Below are positions 28,963 through 32,373 of a DNA stretch of 32,373 bases, in pieces. Under the pieces are notes generated by a model that saw only the letters and a program-made list of their open reading frames with translations, was not told the DNA's origin and searched no databases. How positions within the stretch are numbered: position 1 is the stretch's first letter; each line of letters opens with the position of its first letter. Location: positions 1 to 32,373 of the forward strand of contig LXFE01000826.1 in assembly GCA_001929475.1 (NCBI GenBank), written 5' to 3'. The position numbers and the translations under genes were made by a program. Origin of the DNA: Neolecta irregularis DAH-3 (Eukaryota).

Positions 28963-29442
28963 CAGCGATCTCGTTTTCGTAGATTTTATGGACAAGATAA
29001 GGGGATTTCTGCAGTTTTGCTCAACATGATAACGAGTTTCATAGTTTTATTGCAAATATATTTTATTTGTTCAGATGTAAAAATAGCTCGAATAACTAAT
29101 AGAAATGCGTGTCTCCGGCAAGGATTAAAAAGTCCATCTAAGTAATTTGGGCCTTGACTAGGGATAAATGTAAATGTTATAGTCTTGATATATTGGATAT
29201 TTTCCTTGCAACCTGTGAAACAAAATATCTGACAAGAGTGTTAGGGTCAGACCATTCGTTCTTGATACACCTGCAAGATCGCGAGTTTTATAAAATTCAC
29301 TAACTACCACCTGCAGCTGGCCACCTGTAAACAGCCTATTTTACACCTCGCTGCTACTTCACTGCGTTGATAAAACTAGCGACTTTACAGATGCATCAGA
29401 AGTTCAGAACACATCCAACTGATATTTAACCCCAGTAGCCCG

Positions 29443-30084
29443 ATGTCTGCCTTACTTATCGTAGACGTACAGAACGATTTCATCGACGGATCGCTTGCAG
29501 TTCCCGGGGCAGAGGGGATACTTGCACAGATAAACGAACTGATATTACAGAGAAACTGGGACTTGGTTGTCGGGTCACAAGATTGGCATCCGTTAAACCA
29601 CATCTCATTTGCTGAAACCCATGGAAAGCAGCCCTTCACTGAGGTCAGTATTTCTGGGGAAACTCGGATGCTTTGGCCGGTGCATTGTGTACAGGGGAGT
29701 AAGGGCGCTGAAATTAGTCCTCTGCTCGACAAAAATAAAGTCGAAGTGTGTGTATTAAAGGTACCAAAGTCATCGTCCTGACCTCCTGGATCTCTGTTAA
29801 GAACACAGGGGACACATATTGAAGTCGATGCCTACTCCGCTTTTGACTCGACGTCTCATCAGCTCAGCTCGCTTCTCAGACAGCGTAACGTTTCCAAGCT
29901 TTATATTTGCGGTCTGGCTACTGACTACTGCGTGAGAGCATCGGCCCTTGATGCAGTTACGAATGGATTCGAAACAATCGTTGTAACCGATTGCATGAGA
30001 GGCGTGGATGAAAGAACCTCCGAGTTAGCTTTAAATGAGATGAGTTCCGCTGGAGTCAAGCTTGTCAAAATGAACGACATCTAA
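29443..30084 (+). CDS. PNC1: Nicotinamidase/pyrazinamidase, 197 aa
   Basis: ALLIVDVQNDF..GSLAV, QDWHP..HISF, WPVHCVQGSKGA, KG..DAYSAF, GLATDYCV. Intron 29761-29808. Confidence 0.92.
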
Positions 30085-30407
30085 GGTGACAATTCATATC
30101 TATCAATATCATATGGATGTGCTGTAAACAAGAAGGAAATATAATATGGATCGAGAATCCTGCCTGGAGGTAACCTGGTTCCTGCCTCCCATAATCACAC
30201 ACTCTCACAAGACGTTTGCGAGCAGCCGAAATAAGAATAACGCTCCCCAAACCCGAATTAGGGGGGTTTTGAGTAACAGTGTCAGAGTAATTGCCATGGT
30301 TTGTGCGAGATACAGTTATCCACAGAAATACTGTACAATAGATACTTCCTCGAATATCTTAGCTTCCAAATTGCGAAGATTCGACGCTTAAATTCCAGAT
30401 TGACATG

Positions 30408-31782
30408 TTAGCCCTCAATTCCAAGTCGGCTCCTTTCTTCAAGTCGTTCTCTTGTCTCTGCGATTTCCCTCTCTCGATTTCGTACTCGACTTTCTTGCAG
30501 CCTTTCGATCCCTATTTTGATCGCTTGTGCTTGAATTTCAGGCGGTATCCCTTCGCCCAACGATGGCCGTGCGACTGTTTCGCGGAGTTCTTGTAGCTCA
30601 AAGCCAAACTTTTGAACTGCGTTAAGAGTTCCAACAACTTGGGAGCGTGCCTTCTGACGGTAGGTGTCTAGGGATCGAAGGAGGGATAGATTCTCGTCGA
30701 AGATCGATAGTCTGGCCCGGTTCCCACCCTTTCAAATCAATAATATGAAGATATCATGACATACTAGTATGGTCCAAAGCTCTGACATGAGTTCTACTTT
30801 CGCGTACTTCTGAAGGCGACTTTCATGGGATGACAACTGATGAATTGTATTGATATGTTCCTCAAGGAGATCAAGGTTATGGATAGCAGACGTTGCTTGA
30901 AGAATGATAGATCGAAAATCAGAATCCATTGCTTTTTTGTCAATATAGTTCTGAGTTGTTTGTATACCTAACATTGTACTAACAAATGCGGATTGGATTT
31001 GAGCTTCAGTGTGTACTGGATTCAAGATAAGATGCCAAGTTCGAGTTTTCTTGGCAGCCTGATCAAGAAGTTTGGTAGTGTGTTCGTTTATAGCCAGTGT
31101 ACTGGACTTCAGCCGTCGTATTTGGTAAATTCAAGGCTTACAGATCCAATGCTCCATTGACTCTTGCACTCAGCTTCTGAAGATCTCTACCGACGCCTCT
31201 TGCTCCTTCAATGAATCGTTCAAGCCCATCTGCAAGAACTTCTTTACTTGTTAAATCACTCGATTTGACTAATGTTCGCAGATCTTGAGTTGCCATCTCG
31301 GCTTTTTTAATGTCGAGCGCGACAGTGGGGCTGGACTCATCGAGAAGAGTGTCGAACGCTTCAACCTGCATATCCACCAGCCGCTGATAATCGATAACTG
31401 GAGCAGCGCAATATTGTGTAATATACGGTATCGGTATTGGCAGCGAGCAAAGAGGAGCTATGACGATTTGGAAGTAGGAATAAAACTGATGAGTTGCATG
31501 AGTGAAAAGAAGATATCCCAGTCCCAATATCAATAGCAGCGCAAAAGGGATTCTAAGCAAATGAAGAGAGGTAAAGATAACATCCAAGGCAAAAGATATG
31601 ATAAATGCGGTAAGACGGTACAACACATTTTGTGTCCCATTTTCATGATTGAGAGCTCTCCCTTTTGACTTTCTTCTGTTTTTTTTCCGATTTTTCAACT
31701 TTCGCGGAGTATTTGCCCCCGAGTTCGAGTTCAAAATTACCGATGCAATCGACTCCGTTTCTGACTGATAGCCCAGCGACAT
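30408..31782 (-). CDS. Hypothetical fungal protein with N-terminal TM segment(s) and coiled-coil C-terminus, ~432 aa
   Basis: Three exons joined by introns 31141-31102 and 30764-30729 give a closed frame; ELWTILGGN is formed across the second junction. Confidence 0.7.
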
Positions 31783-32373
31783 GGTACTGACCAGATGTGA
31801 GTAATATGAGATGCTACGTGGTCATATAGTCACGATTAATAAATCCCAATCACGTTTTGTCGTGTGAGCGATCTGTTTATTCGAACCAAAAAACATGCAT
31901 GCAAAAGTCCCTTACAGTGTATATATTACGCCGACTATACTAGATCTATTCTAATCAGCTCACCACTTGCACTTTTATTGCCCTTGTCTCTTTATCGGAC
32001 GAAACGTATCATGACTGGGTTATAATGTCTTGATTCAAATTAGTCGGACCTTAGAATCAAGCATCAAAAATGGAAGGTTACTTTATGGAAATTCCATGTG
32101 TAAGGAAATAACTATATTACCAATGCAGCAAGTGGCACACAATACTGTGGCCTTTTGATTGTGTATATAAAGCGGAAAATGGGAGAAACCTGGTCCAAGC
32201 TAACTACCTTAAACTAGTATACTATAAATCCTGGTTTTATTGTTACACTGTCAAGATACTTGCACAATTTTGGGGACACGACTTTACCCCAACGTCGCAA
32301 CCCCCATCAGCTTGCCACCGCCACCGCCAAAGTATCGGATCAAGCACAAGAAGCAGCAAGGGTCGCCGATCAT

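Overview
Gene-dense, very intron-rich fungal nuclear DNA. It looks like a compact ascomycete genome, possibly Taphrinomycotina such as Neolecta, but that is inference only. I hand-built spliced models for about 16 protein genes: a partial hypothetical, TFIP11/Spp382, Vcx1 Ca2+/H+ exchanger, a membrane hypothetical, a 22-intron Trk K+ transporter, HEM2, two tandem BLVRB-like NAD(P)-binding paralogs, an orphan repeat protein, HOP1, a C2H2 zinc-finger factor, a YTH protein, YME1, a cysteine-synthase-like protein, PNC1 and a coiled-coil hypothetical. All fully modelled genes close in frame. The main signal is the splicing grammar. About 72 inferred introns are only 33-52 nt long with degenerate donors. 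Restoring conserved protein motifs needs non-canonical boundaries: GA-AG (TRK), AT-AG (HEM2), GT-CG or GT-TG (HOP1 PHD finger) and four GC-AG. Also notable are an orphan gene built by tandem exon+intron duplication with four near-identical 39-nt introns, a perfect 18-bp-arm palindrome with telomere-like TTAGGG/CCCTAA, and a hairpin-rich intergenic segment that may be an ncRNA. All intron calls are manual and unverified by RNA data.
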